A stretch of DNA of 64,000 nt. Source: Octopus vulgaris. Taxonomy: Eukaryota. The first letter of the stretch is position 1. Each line of letters begins with the position of its first letter. Where the stretch lies: the NCBI GenBank assembly GCA_951406725.2, contig OX597814.1, forward strand, positions 61,008,001 to 61,072,000, written 5' to 3'. Shown in pieces: positions 13,955-26,857 of the stretch. A program made the translations under genes and the position numbers. The notes under the pieces were generated by a model, which worked only from the letters and a program-made list of their open reading frames with translations, was not told where the DNA came from and did not search any database.

Positions 13955-14557
13955 CGCCCGCCCTCCCACCCCCACCACCAATACCGGTGAACACTGTTCT
14001 CACCATCTACACCGGATACTCCCTCCTCCTCCCCCACCACCCCTTCTCCTCATATGCTTTCACTGTGAAAAGACAAGCTACTAGTGTCACAGCTCTTCAA
14101 CTGCCCACTGATCTTACGCTTCCTCCTGTTTTGAATCTGACACTGCCTCAATCCGACTATCTCCTTCCAGTCCCCTCCCCGCCTCGTAATTATCCTACGT
14201 TTTTATTTCTTACGAACCTGCACCAACCCTTCTTGCCATCGTTCCTCCTTACCCCCCCAACCGTCCCCACCCCCACCCATTCCAAGTACCCCGGATCCCT
14301 GTTGCCCCCGTGCCGCGGGCACGTTAAAAGCTCGAACCGATCGTGACCGATGCCGGACCCCCCGGCCCCTGTGCAGGTGGCACGTAAAAAGCACCCACTC
14401 CACTCACGGAGTGGTTGGCGTTAGGAAGGGCATCCAGCCGTAGAAACTCTGCCAGATCAGACTGGAGCCTGGAGCGGCCCCTGGCTTCCCAGACCCCGGT
14501 CGAACCGTCCAACCCGTGCTAGCGCGGAAAACGGACGTTAAATGATGATGATGATGA
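13955..14557 (+). mobile_element. Non-autonomous RTE-tailed repeat, copy 2
   Basis: Same C-rich body (ccaccaccaataccggtgaacactgtt...) and same 3' tail as 11620-12610, but lacks the coding remnant. Confidence 0.72.
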
Positions 14558-14631
14558 TATATATATGTATATATATATATATATGAATGCATGTATATGT
14601 GTGTGTATATATGTATGTATGTATATGTGTG

Positions 14632-14666
<35 letters not shown>

Positions 14667-14731
14667 ATATATATGTGTGTGTATATGTATATTAATATGT
14701 ATGTATATATATATATATGTGTATATATATA

Positions 14732-14763
<32 letters not shown>

Positions 14764-15068
14764 GTAACAGAAAAGGGGGACATTTGATTATCCCCACATG
14801 GTGAGTTGTAACATATAAGGAATTAAAGAAGGAAAATGCACACACTTTACATTGTTTTAATATAATTTTTAATATATTGACTGGTTTTGCTTTTGCTATT
14901 CATGACATTAAGATTTAATTATTTAAATACGTATTTTCTTAAGAAGAAATTTTTTGGTCCATGTTGTGTGTGATATTTTTGAGTGAATGATACAAATAGT
15001 AGAAAAACTAAGGGAAGGTAATTGGTTATTGTTATTATTGATAACTGTTCAGCTTTCAGTAGGGGGTG

Positions 15069-15105
<37 letters not shown>

Positions 15106-16494
15106 AAAATTTGAAAACTAGTTTAGGGAGATGTATGTACAGTGATGTAATCATGAATTAAGATATGTAAAGATATCAGAGTTGGTGTATATTTAGATGT
15201 GTTCTGAATTTTCAATAAAAAAAGTTTATTTAGACATTCTTATAGAGAAGTTGTATCTTTGCACTAGTAGAAAGGGAAGACTGAAATTTGGTTTCTTTGT
15301 GTTCACTTAGAGGAATTTGTATTGTGGGAACCAGATCTGCTCTTTATGTAGCGTGGTTCTCCATCTCAAAGTCACACTCCTCTGTCCAGTATAGTGTTGT
15401 CCACAATCCAAGCAGGTTATTACATAAATTAGGTTCTCAGAGGCACAAGTGAAACTGGTTTCAATTGTGAATCTCTCTCCTTGTTTGAAAAGGAAATCCA
15501 AGCCTTCAAGTAGGTTGGGGCATGTTCCACAGTTAGGGCATCCGCATTTTTAACCATTAGTTTCGTGGTTGTTTTGTAAAGCTTCACATTTGTTAGAAGT
15601 CTCTTTAGTGATTTGTGATGCTTTTTGCATTTGATGAATTTATGAGTTTTCAGATTGTTGTTCATTTTTGGATTTCCAGTTAGTAAAGGGAGATTTTGCA
15701 CAATAGTGTTGTATGCCTCACTTTTTCTAGAGTTGTGGGTTGATATAAACAGTAGTGTTTTAACATGAGGTGTGGTTTTATGCTTTGTCTAATTTTTTGG
15801 TACACTTAATTCCCTTGTCTGTAAGTGAGGGTGGATATTGTCTTTCAGTAAGCGTTGTTTTGAGGTCTTGAAGACAAAGGTCCTGAGTAGTTCTATCAGA
15901 CACTATTGTGCAAATCCTTTTTGCCAAATTAAAGGGGATATTTATTTTGATGTGTTTCAGGCGGCATGAGCTAAAGAGTAGATATTGTTTCGATTCCATT
16001 GATTTATAATAGATGTCAGTTATAATTTGATAGTTGACTTTTTTTTGTCATGATATCCAAAAATGGGAGCTGTTCTTTGTTATATTCCTTTGTGAACTGA
16101 ATGTTACTATTTATATCATTTAGTGTTGATTTGAAGTCCAAGAGTTTACCAATGGTCTCCTTCCAAATAATAAAATAGTATCTTTTCTAGTTTTCTCTTA
16201 TGTAATGGTAAAATGCGTTTGCAAGATCAAGCTGCTTTCATTCCCATCGCATTTCCGCAAATAGTATGTACCATCAAATAGGAAATGATTGTTCTATAAT
16301 TTTTCTACTGTTCGAATCATTCACTCAAAAATATCACACACAGCATGGACCCCAAAATTTCTTCTTAAGAAAATACAATTTTTATATAATTAAACCTTAA
16401 TGTCAAGAATAGTGAAAGCGAAACCAGTCAATATATTAAAAATTATATTAAAAGTATGTTAAGTGTGTACATTTTCCTTCTTCGATTTCTTATA
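14764..16494 (-). mobile_element. Penelope-like element (Neptune-like), 5'-truncated, with inverted pseudo-LTR
   Basis: Minus-strand fragments: NIPFNLAKRICTIVSD (RT thumb), a Cys-rich linker CGCPNCGTC, and FTCASENLIYVITCLDCGQHYTGQ (GIY-YIG). A ~195 bp inverted repeat sits at 14814-15007 and 16300-16494, with an extra tail at 14764-14813 on one side only. Confidence 0.85.
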
Positions 16495-16502
16495 CACATA
16501 TA

Positions 16503-16540
<38 letters not shown>

Positions 16541-16623
16541 GGTCCCGGGTTGATTCGGGGTTAACCACAGTAAATAAGGTACTCAATACATAGCAGAGTA
16601 AAATTAATTTATTATATAGAAGG

Positions 16624-16674
16624 AGCTTCTACAGGACTAGAACTGTTTCATTCAAGAGAAATCTTCAGGAAGCT
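16624..16674 (-). ncRNA. Type-I hammerhead ribozyme (intact core), left arm of palindrome
   Basis: Minus strand: agcttc-CTGAAGA-tttc[tctt]gaat-GAAAC-ag[ttctagtc]ct-GTA-gaagct. Stem I is 6 bp and stem III is ACAG/CTGT. Stem II closes with a U-U mismatch. Confidence 0.78.
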
Positions 16675-16721
16675 TCCTGAAGATTTCTCTTGAATAAAAC
16701 AGTTCTAGTCCTGTAGAAGCT
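16671..16721 (+). ncRNA. Hammerhead copy with core mutation (GAAAC to AAAAC), right arm of palindrome
   Basis: Mirror of 16624-16674 except A at 16696 in place of catalytic G12. Confidence 0.7.
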
Positions 16722-16723
16722 CC

Positions 16724-16772
<49 letters not shown>

Positions 16773-16775
<3 letters not shown>

Positions 16776-17307
16776 GGTGTCCCAAAAAATGTATACACAG
16801 ACTGCAACAGTCTTTCATGCCAAGCATTAGAGAGGACTTTGAACAGGAAGAGTTTTATTTTCAGCAAGATGGGGCACCTCCACACTACCATCGCGATGTT
16901 AGATCCTTTCTTGATGGGATCTTGCCAAACAGGTGGATTGGACGGAGAGGTTTTGTCGAATACCCTCCACGTTCACCAGACCTCACACCACTAGACTTCT
17001 TTTTATGGGGATACCTAAAGGACAAAGTCTACGCACAGAAACCTGCAACAGTCGTTCAATTGAGGACAACCATTGAACATGAATGTACGAATATCCCAAG
17101 GGAATTGTTCCATGATGTGTGCCATTCCATCGCTTCGCGTTGTCAGCAGTGTCTGGAGCAGAACGGACATCAGTTTGAGAACATGCGATAACAAGACAAT
17201 AGAATGATATTTGTAAATTCTTTTACATGTTGAAAATTATTCGAATTATAATAAACCCCAAATTTACAATTATTTAAGGTGTGTATACATTTTTTGGGGA
17301 CACCCAG
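16773..17307 (+). mobile_element. Internally deleted Tc1/mariner element, DD41D-type transposase C-terminus
   Basis: TA-flanked TIRs cagggtgtcccaaaaaatgtatacaca / tgtgtatacattttttggggacacccag. ORF 16817-17191 reads QQDGAPPH...PPRSPDLTPLDFFLWG, with 41 residues between the 2nd and 3rd D. Confidence 0.9.
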
Positions 17308-18997
17308 TATATAGGTGCAGGCATGGGTGTGTAGTAAGAAGCTTGCTTCCCAATCACATGGTTCCAGGTTCAGTCCCACTGCATGGTACTTTGGGCAAGT
17401 ATATTCTACTATAGCCTTGGGCAAGCCAAAGCCTTGTCAGTAGAGTTTGTAGATGGAAACTGAAAGAAGCTTATCGTGTATTTATGTGTGTGTTTGTGTT
17501 AGTTTCTTGACCTTGACAACATGTGATAGCTGTAATGCAAGCGATGTCCTTCACTTCCAGTTTTCCATGAAACATGTCTGGTCACAGTGAAATATCACCT
17601 CACTTGGGAACAAAAGGTAAGGGTTGATGATAGAAAGGAATCTAGTCATAGCAGAAAATGTCACAACCAATTCTCTTTGACCCATGTATCCATGTGGTCA
17701 TTAAAACAATGATCTTGATGCCTTAGTCAGATAAAAAAGGACAGCACCTACAACCTTTTACAGGGGTCACCAAGACTACTTGTAGGAGGTGGAGTCATTT
17801 TCATTAGAATGAAAGCCTGGCCCAAATGCTTGCAGCAGTGTGAACCCAGTAGATTCACCTCAAAGGTTTGGTTACACCACTTACCTTGTAACATAGATTT
17901 AGAAATAAAACAATGGAATAAAGTATTGGCTTTTACAGTGTGTGTTGCTACTGTAGTTTCATTTCAAATAAATAAGACATGTTTAGCATAAAAGTAAAAT
18001 CCTCAGTTGGCTGTGCCTTAGATAAAACCAGTTTTCATCTCTATTCTGAATACAATGAGCTTTGTCTTTCATTTGTTTGGAGTCAATAAAATAAGTATCT
18101 TTAATATACTTGAGCTGATTCAATTGACTCTATCCTTGCCTTTACAAAAGTTGCTCTTATGCCAAATCCAAAGAAATCAATATTTTGTTTGGAAAAAGCA
18201 ACAGTTGGCTTTATTAGGAAATCTTTAAAATGTGTTGAAGGTCTGGCTGTGTTGTTTTCTATGTCTTTTTTTTTTTTTTTATTCAATTCAATTTTGTATT
18301 TCGTTTGTATTTTCGTTGTCTTTTGTTTGATGTAGGTTTACAAATTTTATTGTTGTTTATTTTTTTTATTTGATTTTCATTATTTATTTGTTTAAATTAT
18401 CAAAGTTTTTCATTTCAGTTTTATTTATTGTTTTTCTTTTTGCTTTTTGTGGAGTTTATTTTTATAGCTTAGTCTGGAAAGAAGAACCAGTGCCCATCCT
18501 TTCTCAGACTAGGCTGAGGACATGGATACTTCTGATGTTCAGCCTGAGTTTCTGCTTGGCAGGAATATCATAGGTTTGCAGTTGTAGGATAAACAGTAGA
18601 TAAATTGTTCATAAGATAACAATTAGAAGGACTTATGTAAGAGTGAGGGCACCTAGATTTTTAATTTAAACTGTTGTGATTTCAGTAACAGAAACTAAGA
18701 GAGTGTGTGCAAATGGTTATTGTTGTTGTCATTGTTGTTGTAGCTGCCATTGTTACAATCATTGTCATCACTATCGTTGTTATTTAACCATAGGTTAGTC
18801 CTCATTGAGCAAACATATGATCAAATATACAACAGCCATGACTATCTCATTTGGTTCTAGGCATTGTATAGTCTGGACTATATTATGCTATATATATCCT
18901 CCACTGACCTGAAATTGGAGAGGTGTATTCTGTATAATGGTACTTATTGCATGAAAAATTTTATTATAGAGAGGTGTTTAAGAAAGAGAATGTGAAA

Positions 18998-19370
18998 GGC
19001 ACAGGCGTGGCTGTGTGCTAAGAAGCTTGCTCCCCAACCACATGATTCCAGGTTCAGTCTCATTCCATGGTACCTTAAGCAAGTTTCATCTACTATAGCC
19101 TTAGGCTGACCAAAGTTTTGTGAGTGGGTTTGGTTGACAGAAACTGAAAGCAGGCTAATGTGTGTGTGTGTGTGTGTTTATCCTCACCACCACTTGATTA
19201 GTGTTGATGTGTTTACATTCCATAACTTAGTAGTTCAGCAAAAGAGACTGATAAAATAAGGACCAGGCTTAACAAAAAAAAAGGGTCAATTCATTCAACT
19301 AGAAAATCTTCAAGGCAGTGCCCCAGCATGGCCACAGTCTAATGAATGAAACAGGTAAAAGATAAAAGAT
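18998..19370 (+). mobile_element. SINE family B (CORE-like ccttgggcaagt, CR1-type tail); many copies
   Basis: Head gcaggcgtggctgtgtggtaagaagcttgc...ggttcagtccc. Other copies at ~560-930, 17312-17520, 19945-20365, 21775-22180, 36960-37330 and 48250-49050. Confidence 0.75.
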
Positions 19371-21318
19371 AATTAGATGGATAAAATAGATGAGGTAAAG
19401 TTTGATGTGGAAAGAACTAATGCTTGATAAGATGGAGACATCCGCTTGTGGGTTTTAGTTGTAAGCAAGGATTTTTTTTACTGCCTTATTTGATAATTTT
19501 GTTTGGTGATAATGATGATGAGGATAGTGATGGAGGCAGCATAGTAGTAGTAGTAGTAGTAGTAGACAAGAATAAAGATACCAATATGGCATAAGTTTGA
19601 TATTGATTACAGTTGTTTCAGTGCCTCTCCACTTGAAACCACACTGTGTCTCTGTGTTTATCCACCACCACCACTCTGAGAACTGGTGTTGGTGTGTTTA
19701 TGTCCCACATCAACTTGTGGGTTTTAGTTGTAATCACAAGGATGTTTTTGTACTGCCTTACTTGATAATTTTGGTTTTGCCCTTTGACCTCCAGGAAATA
19801 AAAGCAGAGCTGTCTTAACAGCATTATAGACCCCCACCTCCTCTGGTAATTCAGTGCATGGGGGTGGGGGTGCCTCTAGTATTTATTTATTGATAGCAAG
19901 CCACAGCTTATGTACATCAGTTGCGCCCTCAGTACTTTCTCTCTCTTTTACTCTTTTACTTGTTTCAGCCATTTGACTACAGCCATGTTGAAGCACCGCC
20001 TTTAGTCAACAAATCAACCCCAGGACTTATTCTTTGGAAGCCTAGTGCTTATTCTATCGGTCTCTTTTGCCGAACCGCTAAGTTACATGGACGTAAACAC
20101 ATCACCATCGGTTGTCAAGCGATGTTGGGGGGACAAACACAGACACACAAACATATACACATACATACATATATATATATATATACACACACACATATAT
20201 ATACGACTGGCTTCTTTCAGTTTCCTTCTACCAAATCCACTCACAAGGCTTTGATCGGCCTGAGGCTATAGTAGAAGACACTTGCCCAAGGTGCCACACA
20301 GTGGGAATGAACATTGAACCATGTGGTTGATAAGCGAACTTGCCACCCAGCCACTCCTGCACCTGAAAAGATGAATTTTAAAACAATGCTCAAATGCTGT
20401 TGCAGATTTTGTTTTTGGATACTGCATAATCCATAACTGTGGTGGGAACCTGTGGAAGAGGTAGACCCAGGAAGAAATGGGTTGAGGTGCTGAAATATGA
20501 TCTTCGGATGTTGAGTCTCATGGAGGCAATGATAAGTGGTTGAGACTGTTGACAATTTGCTGTACCTGGGAAGACACATCAAGCCTAGTGAAATCATAGT
20601 TGTGGCCAGTGCTAGTGACATGTAAAATGTGCCCATGCCAGTGACATGTTAAAGGAACCCACTACACTGTGGAGTGATTGGCATTAGGAAGGGCATGCAT
20701 TCATAGAAACCAAGTTGAAAAAGACTGGAGCCTGGTGCAGCTCACTGGCTTACCAGTTCCAATAAAACTATCTGACCTATTTCAGCATGGAAAATGGATG
20801 CTAAATGATGATGATGATGAAAGTTTTAACTAGAGAGTCAGAATGATTAAAGAGATCTTTCACAGACATCTAATGACTGATGCAAGAAGACAGATATAAA
20901 GTAAAAGACAAAATTTTATAGGATAATTCACCAGCTAACATGTCCACCAAATACAGTGTTTTCTGTGAGGAGAAGGGAGGTCTGTGAGTACTGGAAAACA
21001 AAAGCCCGACAAAATGCTGTTTTTAATAAAAATTACATGGTTTTAAACATTTTCAGCTTGTCCAACATCATGGTAGAAAAAAAAAAGAATTATATGAATG
21101 CAAACTTTGTTTTATTTTCATATTAATAACAAACAGGGGTGGAATTTCACTTGTTGTGTGTGTGTATGTGTCTGTGCCTCTCTGTGTGTAGAGGCTGGTT
21201 TTTTGTCAGTTTAAGAACCATGTCATTACAGTCAGATTCTGCTTTGTAACTACTCATCTGACAGTTCCTTTTCTCCCCAGAATTTCATCATTTCAAATTC
21301 CACCTAATCCTAATATCC

Positions 21319-21349
<31 letters not shown>

Positions 21350-22394
21350 AATGTTTTATATTTAATCTTGAGTGATTTATAAAGATAAACCATATCAAAC
21401 CATTATCCCACAATAAATCTCACTGCATGAAATTCAGGCGGGGCATTGTCAGACCATTGATTGGTAAATACCTCTCACTTGCAATGTCTTCTTCGTATTC
21501 TGTCATAAAAATTAATTCCGTTTTTATCCAATAAAAGCCTAACTACATTTCAATGAATGCCAGGAAGAGAATTAATTGGTGTTATATTGCCAGCAGAGTG
21601 ACATACCTAAATGTAAACAAAAACCATAAACAACACTGAAACTCTTTGGTGATGTGATAATGTTAATGATAATAAATCCTTGACATCAGGCGATGGTCTA
21701 CCACTTTTTTTCTTGATGATGAGGCAACAAAAATAACCCCTAATGAGCATTTCTAATTACTAGTCTTTTATCATCTTTTATTTTTGATTTGTTTCAATTA
21801 TGGGACTGCAGTCATGCTGGGATACCACCTAGAAAGGCTTTTTGTCAAACAAATCAATATCAGTTCTCATTTATCTTTATGAGTCTGGTACTTATTCTAT
21901 CAGTCTCTTTTGCTGACCTAGCAAGTTATGTGGACATAAACCAACCTACAAGGGTTGTCAAGTGGTTGAGGTACACACACACACATAAGTACATAAATTT
22001 ATACCGTTACATATTTATACAATGGACTTCCACGAAGTTTCTGTCTACAAAATTCACTCCCAGGGCATTGATTAGCCCATGACTACAGTAGAAGACACTT
22101 GCCCAAGATGCTGCACAGTATCACTGAATCTAAAACCTTGTGGTTGCAAAGGAAGCTTCTTAATCACATGACCATGACTAAGCAAAAACTGAATTTATTA
22201 TATTTTTACTCTTTACTATCCTCCATTCACTATTGGAGATTGTAAAAGGTCAAAAGGATTGAACACATAAGTAGTGGCTTCCAAACTTATTTTTGTCACA
22301 GAACCCTTTTACAATTTTGAAAACATTTTGGAAATTATACCTACGTATTCAAGCCCCTGTAATACTAACTATACAGGTTTTGCTTGCAATAACA

Positions 22395-24135
22395 TGGGTT
22401 TCACTTACTTGATGCACACAGCACTTCCTTATGAAGCATTCATTCTCCATATGCATCACATGTCCATACCAATATAGCCTTCTCTCCTGCACACTACAGC
22501 TGACTCCTCTTCCACCTAGTTTTCTTTTTTCTCAGATCATTTGTACTCTAACATTCATGCACTCTGACATTTCACATTCATCAGAATGTGTTAGCTTTGT
22601 TCCTTCACAAGTCTTCAGCATTCAAAGCTATCTGACAGCAATTAGAACACGTTTCATACAATCTACACCTTACCCTCAGACAAGAAGCCCTTTATTTCCA
22701 ACAGAGGTAATAGTTCCCTGAATACTTTCTTGTCTTTTGTTATCCTAGCTACTGCTCTTTTGAACAACCACCACCACTGCTAATTATGCATCTTAGGTTA
22801 CAGAAGCTATCAACTACTTCTAGTGACCCAGCCAGATATTTGTAGAGAATGTATTTCTGGTGTGCTCTTAGTACTTGTTGCTCCAGTGCATCAGCATCAG
22901 AGAAAGCTTGTTTTCTCTGTGAGTCTACCTGTGACTCTACTATATCTCTTGTGTCTCTACAGCTAACACTTGGTACAGCACATTAAATCTCTACCTGCTC
23001 CTATTTTGCATATCAAGCAAAGCCATTTCCTTATGATATCAATTTTTTTTTTTTTTTTCTATTTGCTAACATCTTAGTCTTTGCTAAGTTTACTATGAAG
23101 CATCTCAATTCTAGTTTTAATTCTATGTTTGGAATTTCTTCTCTAATCCTATTATAGATTCAACTATGAAAGCTAGATCATCTGCTTATCAGAGTTCTTG
23201 AGAGACTATTTTAAACTCCGTTGTGATGGCCTGCAGGACTATGATGAATAGAACAGGTTGAGCACTGAACTTTGTTGAACACCTACCTCCACATTAAATT
23301 CATTGCTGAACACATCATTGACTCTTGCTTTATTAACTGCACTTTTGCGCATAGCTTGTACAGCCCTCACAAGCCATTCATCTACATCTAATTTCCTTAG
23401 TAACCACAAAATTATCACGTGTGACATTCAGTCAAAAGTTTTCTCCAAGTCTATGAATGTTAGAGGTTTACTCTTTGCAAGCTACCTTTCTTGCAGCTGC
23501 TTCACTCAGAAGATTGCATCTTTGATGCTTCTTCCATACATAAATCCAAACAGCATCACATCCAAGCTAAATCTGTTTTTGATCACTTGTTCTATCACTC
23601 TATCTGTGACATTCATAGTTTGGTCCACCAGTTTGATGCCTCTCTAATTTTCTTTCTGTAAAGCATCTCCCTTGCCCTTGTTTACAATGATACTGCTATA
23701 TCAGTCACTGGTTATGATACCTTCCTGTATTACCTGGTTAACTATTCAGGTGACTAGTATGTATCCTACCTCTCCAGAAATTTTGAGCATTTCAGCAACT
23801 ATCTCTGAGTCTTCCCTACTTTCATTTTTTTAATCACTTTATCATACTGCTGTCAATTTGAATTGCTATACCCTCTTTATCCCATGCAGTCTTTTCATTC
23901 AACAAACTCTCATTATAGCACTTCCATGTTTCTTTATTGTCATCAGCTTTAAGGGTAAGCAAGTCTCTATCATCTTGGATATACTTCTCTCCAAACTTGG
24001 TTTTCTTTGACATAACACCTTATTCCCCTGATCCTCACATTACAGAACAGCTGCAAATCTCTTCCTTTCTGCTTTTAGTTTAGCTAAGTACACCTGATGC
24101 CTAGCTTTCCTCTTTGTTAATGAGCTTCCTATGGT
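22395..24135 (-). mobile_element. Older RTE LINE RT fragment
   Basis: LRKLDVDEWLVRAVQAM...EVGVQQSSVL; collinear with the element at 26858-30960. Confidence 0.78.
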
Positions 24136-26857
24136 TTCTCTCTCCATTTCCACTCACAAGGATTTGGTCAGCCTATGGCTATATTAAAGGAGACACCTAC
24201 CCACATTGCCATGCTGCAGGAATGGACCTGAAAGAATATGGTTGCAAAGCAAACTTCTCAACTTTGCAACCATGCATCTCATCATATAAAAACATAACTT
24301 ATTTTGAAAATGGTGAATACCTTTTTATGTATAAAATAAATTTTTGTTAAATTTACTTAACATCTTTTTCTGTGGAATTCTTCTGTTCCTCAGAACCTTC
24401 TCTAAGAAACACAATACTAGATTATCAGTTGACTAGCAGGAGGGGGGGCAGTTCATATCCTGTCATTGAGATTACATTAGGTCAGTGACCAACACATTTA
24501 ACTCTTAATGACCCTGTCTACCTTGCAGAATAGAAATAAATGGTAGGAATATCTGATTTTATCATAGTCAGTAGGGGGTCACACTGCAAAGTCAATTAGC
24601 AGTTTAATGCTGTTATTGTGGTTTAGTTTTGAGGTCAGTGCCAATGGAGCAGTTCTTCTCATACACCAATAAGTTTGTGGACATGCCTTAGTATGACATC
24701 ACCTGAAATGATGATGTAAACTAAGTCATGTGTATTCATAACTACAAAGTACTTGGCAAAGAAGATTTTTACTCATTTTGCATCTGACAGTTGTTGAGGA
24801 AAGATATAACTGAGATAACAGAAAAATTCACATCACCTGATTTAGGCTTAGCCACACTAAGCAGAGAAGCTATCTCTCATTTACATACTACACAGTATGT
24901 TAAAGACATTACTATTGACATTCATTATGAGAAGAGCATTCTCATTCAGTTATATTCATATTGGCAGACATACATTTCAAGAACAACATTTAGAGAGAGA
25001 GAGAGAGTCATATTCATATCAACATATATGCTTGTTTTCTATACAAATAAAATCTAAATCATTTTACTTTATAAAACCTTATTAAATGTTATCCATTTAT
25101 CTTAAATGTACTATGTTCTCATTTGTTGTGATTCATTGAATATTTACCTTTGGGCTGTTGTACTCCAGTTGAAATATTAACGGAAATAAAATGTTATTTA
25201 AAACTATATCTTTAATATCTTATGCATATCTTCCATTAAATCTCTTTTAAGATGGACTTTACAAAATGATTATGGGGATGAAACAAAGTTTAAGATGTAG
25301 TTTAGATAGTAAAGTGTGGTTTAAGATATTAAGCATAAATTCACTGACTGAACATCTGCTTAGAATATCTAGCAATTTAGCTACTGTGAGCTTTGTTCCC
25401 CAGTCATTTTTTTCTTTTTTCGTAACTTGAATATATCCTGTCAACATAGGATTTGATAGAAATTGCTGATGAGATTTAATCATCTATGATAAATTGCTTA
25501 TTTTCACATTGTGTTTGCTTGCAAAATGTTCACTTCTTGCTATTAATTTCTGCTATGTTGCCAACATTACTACCTACCTATAGTTAGTCAGTATCAGCTG
25601 CTGAGAACTTGAAATCAAAATGTCTCTAGTATTTACAATAAATAAAGGTAACTGGTGACAGAAGTAGCAGAGCATCAGATAAAATGCTTTGTACTATTTT
25701 GCTGTCTTTTTTATATTCCACTTTCAAATTGCAGCAAGGTATTAACTCTGCATTTCATTGATCAAGACAAAATGTATACCAGTCATGTACAGTGGTCAGT
25801 ACAATTGGCTATGAATTTGTGGCCTTGTGCCAATGTTAGAAATCAATATGTCTGATTATTCAGTAACAGAACACTTACTTCTAAATTTTTCTTTAGATAT
25901 TTTAACAAATTAATATCTGTATCTAATCAACCAATTTAATACCTCCATCTGTCCCCCATTGTGTCTTTAGCCAAAACCACTCTGTTGCAAGCCTTCAGGC
26001 TAGGTTTCTGCTTTGAGAAAAAACTTCCTCTTTTACTTTCTCTTTAGTTATGGAAACTCTGTAAAAGGTTTGAACAGTGCTCTTCCTCCTTTGATTAAGC
26101 CATTAAATATATGTTTGCTTGTTTCTTTGTTTGTGTGTATGTGATATCAGAAATAGATATTTATACAAAATTCAAACAATTGCCTGTCAATGGATTTTGC
26201 AACCAGTGAAAATAAGTCTTGTGGCTACATGTATGTAGCATGAACTGCCTTCCAAACTGCATTTCTTGAATTATAATACATCATGTTGAGTTTTAGATAC
26301 CTTTATAATAAACTACATATACATGCCAAAAAACTCACACACACACACTTGCACACATATTCAACTCCTTTCTATAGCAAGTTGCTACATTAAAATACTC
26401 AAGCCAACAAGTAAACCTTTACACTGTCACTTGGAACTACAAGCAACAGCAACCAAAAATTTCTTTTATCACACTCTACCATCTGAAACAAATAAACCAA
26501 AGACACATTTAATAAAGTAGTTGTAGATGCACTGTGCCTAAAAAAAATAAGTTTCAAATCCTGTGATAAAATCCAAGACCCAAAGAAATGAGTGAAGGTG
26601 TGTTGGCAGTATAAATGAAAGTTCTGGAAGAGTTTGATAAGTTCAATTGCCACAGGGAGGAGTACGGAATTTAATAGTTTGTGGAGGGGACTTCTTATCT
26701 CAGAGTAAGAAAATGATGAGCCAAAGCACTTCTCTCTCTCTTTCTCTCATTAGATAATAGGAGGTGGGGAAGAAAAAGTCTTCTGGTTTTGTCTTGCTTA
26801 TAAGTTTACAATGTAAAAATACTATCATGGTTGTATCTGCAATCCCTCTGATGTCTG

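Larger units (their letters stand above)
16613..16732. repeat. 120 bp spacerless palindrome (1 mismatch) centred on AAGCTT
   Basis: Arms read directly as reverse complements; the only mismatch is 16649/16696. Flanked by (TA)n, with a unique tail at ~16540-16612 on the left. Confidence 0.95.

Noticed and set aside
20922-20983. Possible small exon (IIHQLTCPPNTVFSVRRREV, chitin-binding-like); similar candidates near 8870-9065 and 18513-18573
   Set aside because: Weak splice context, no recognisable homolog and no consistent gene model; expected by chance in this much AT-rich sequence.
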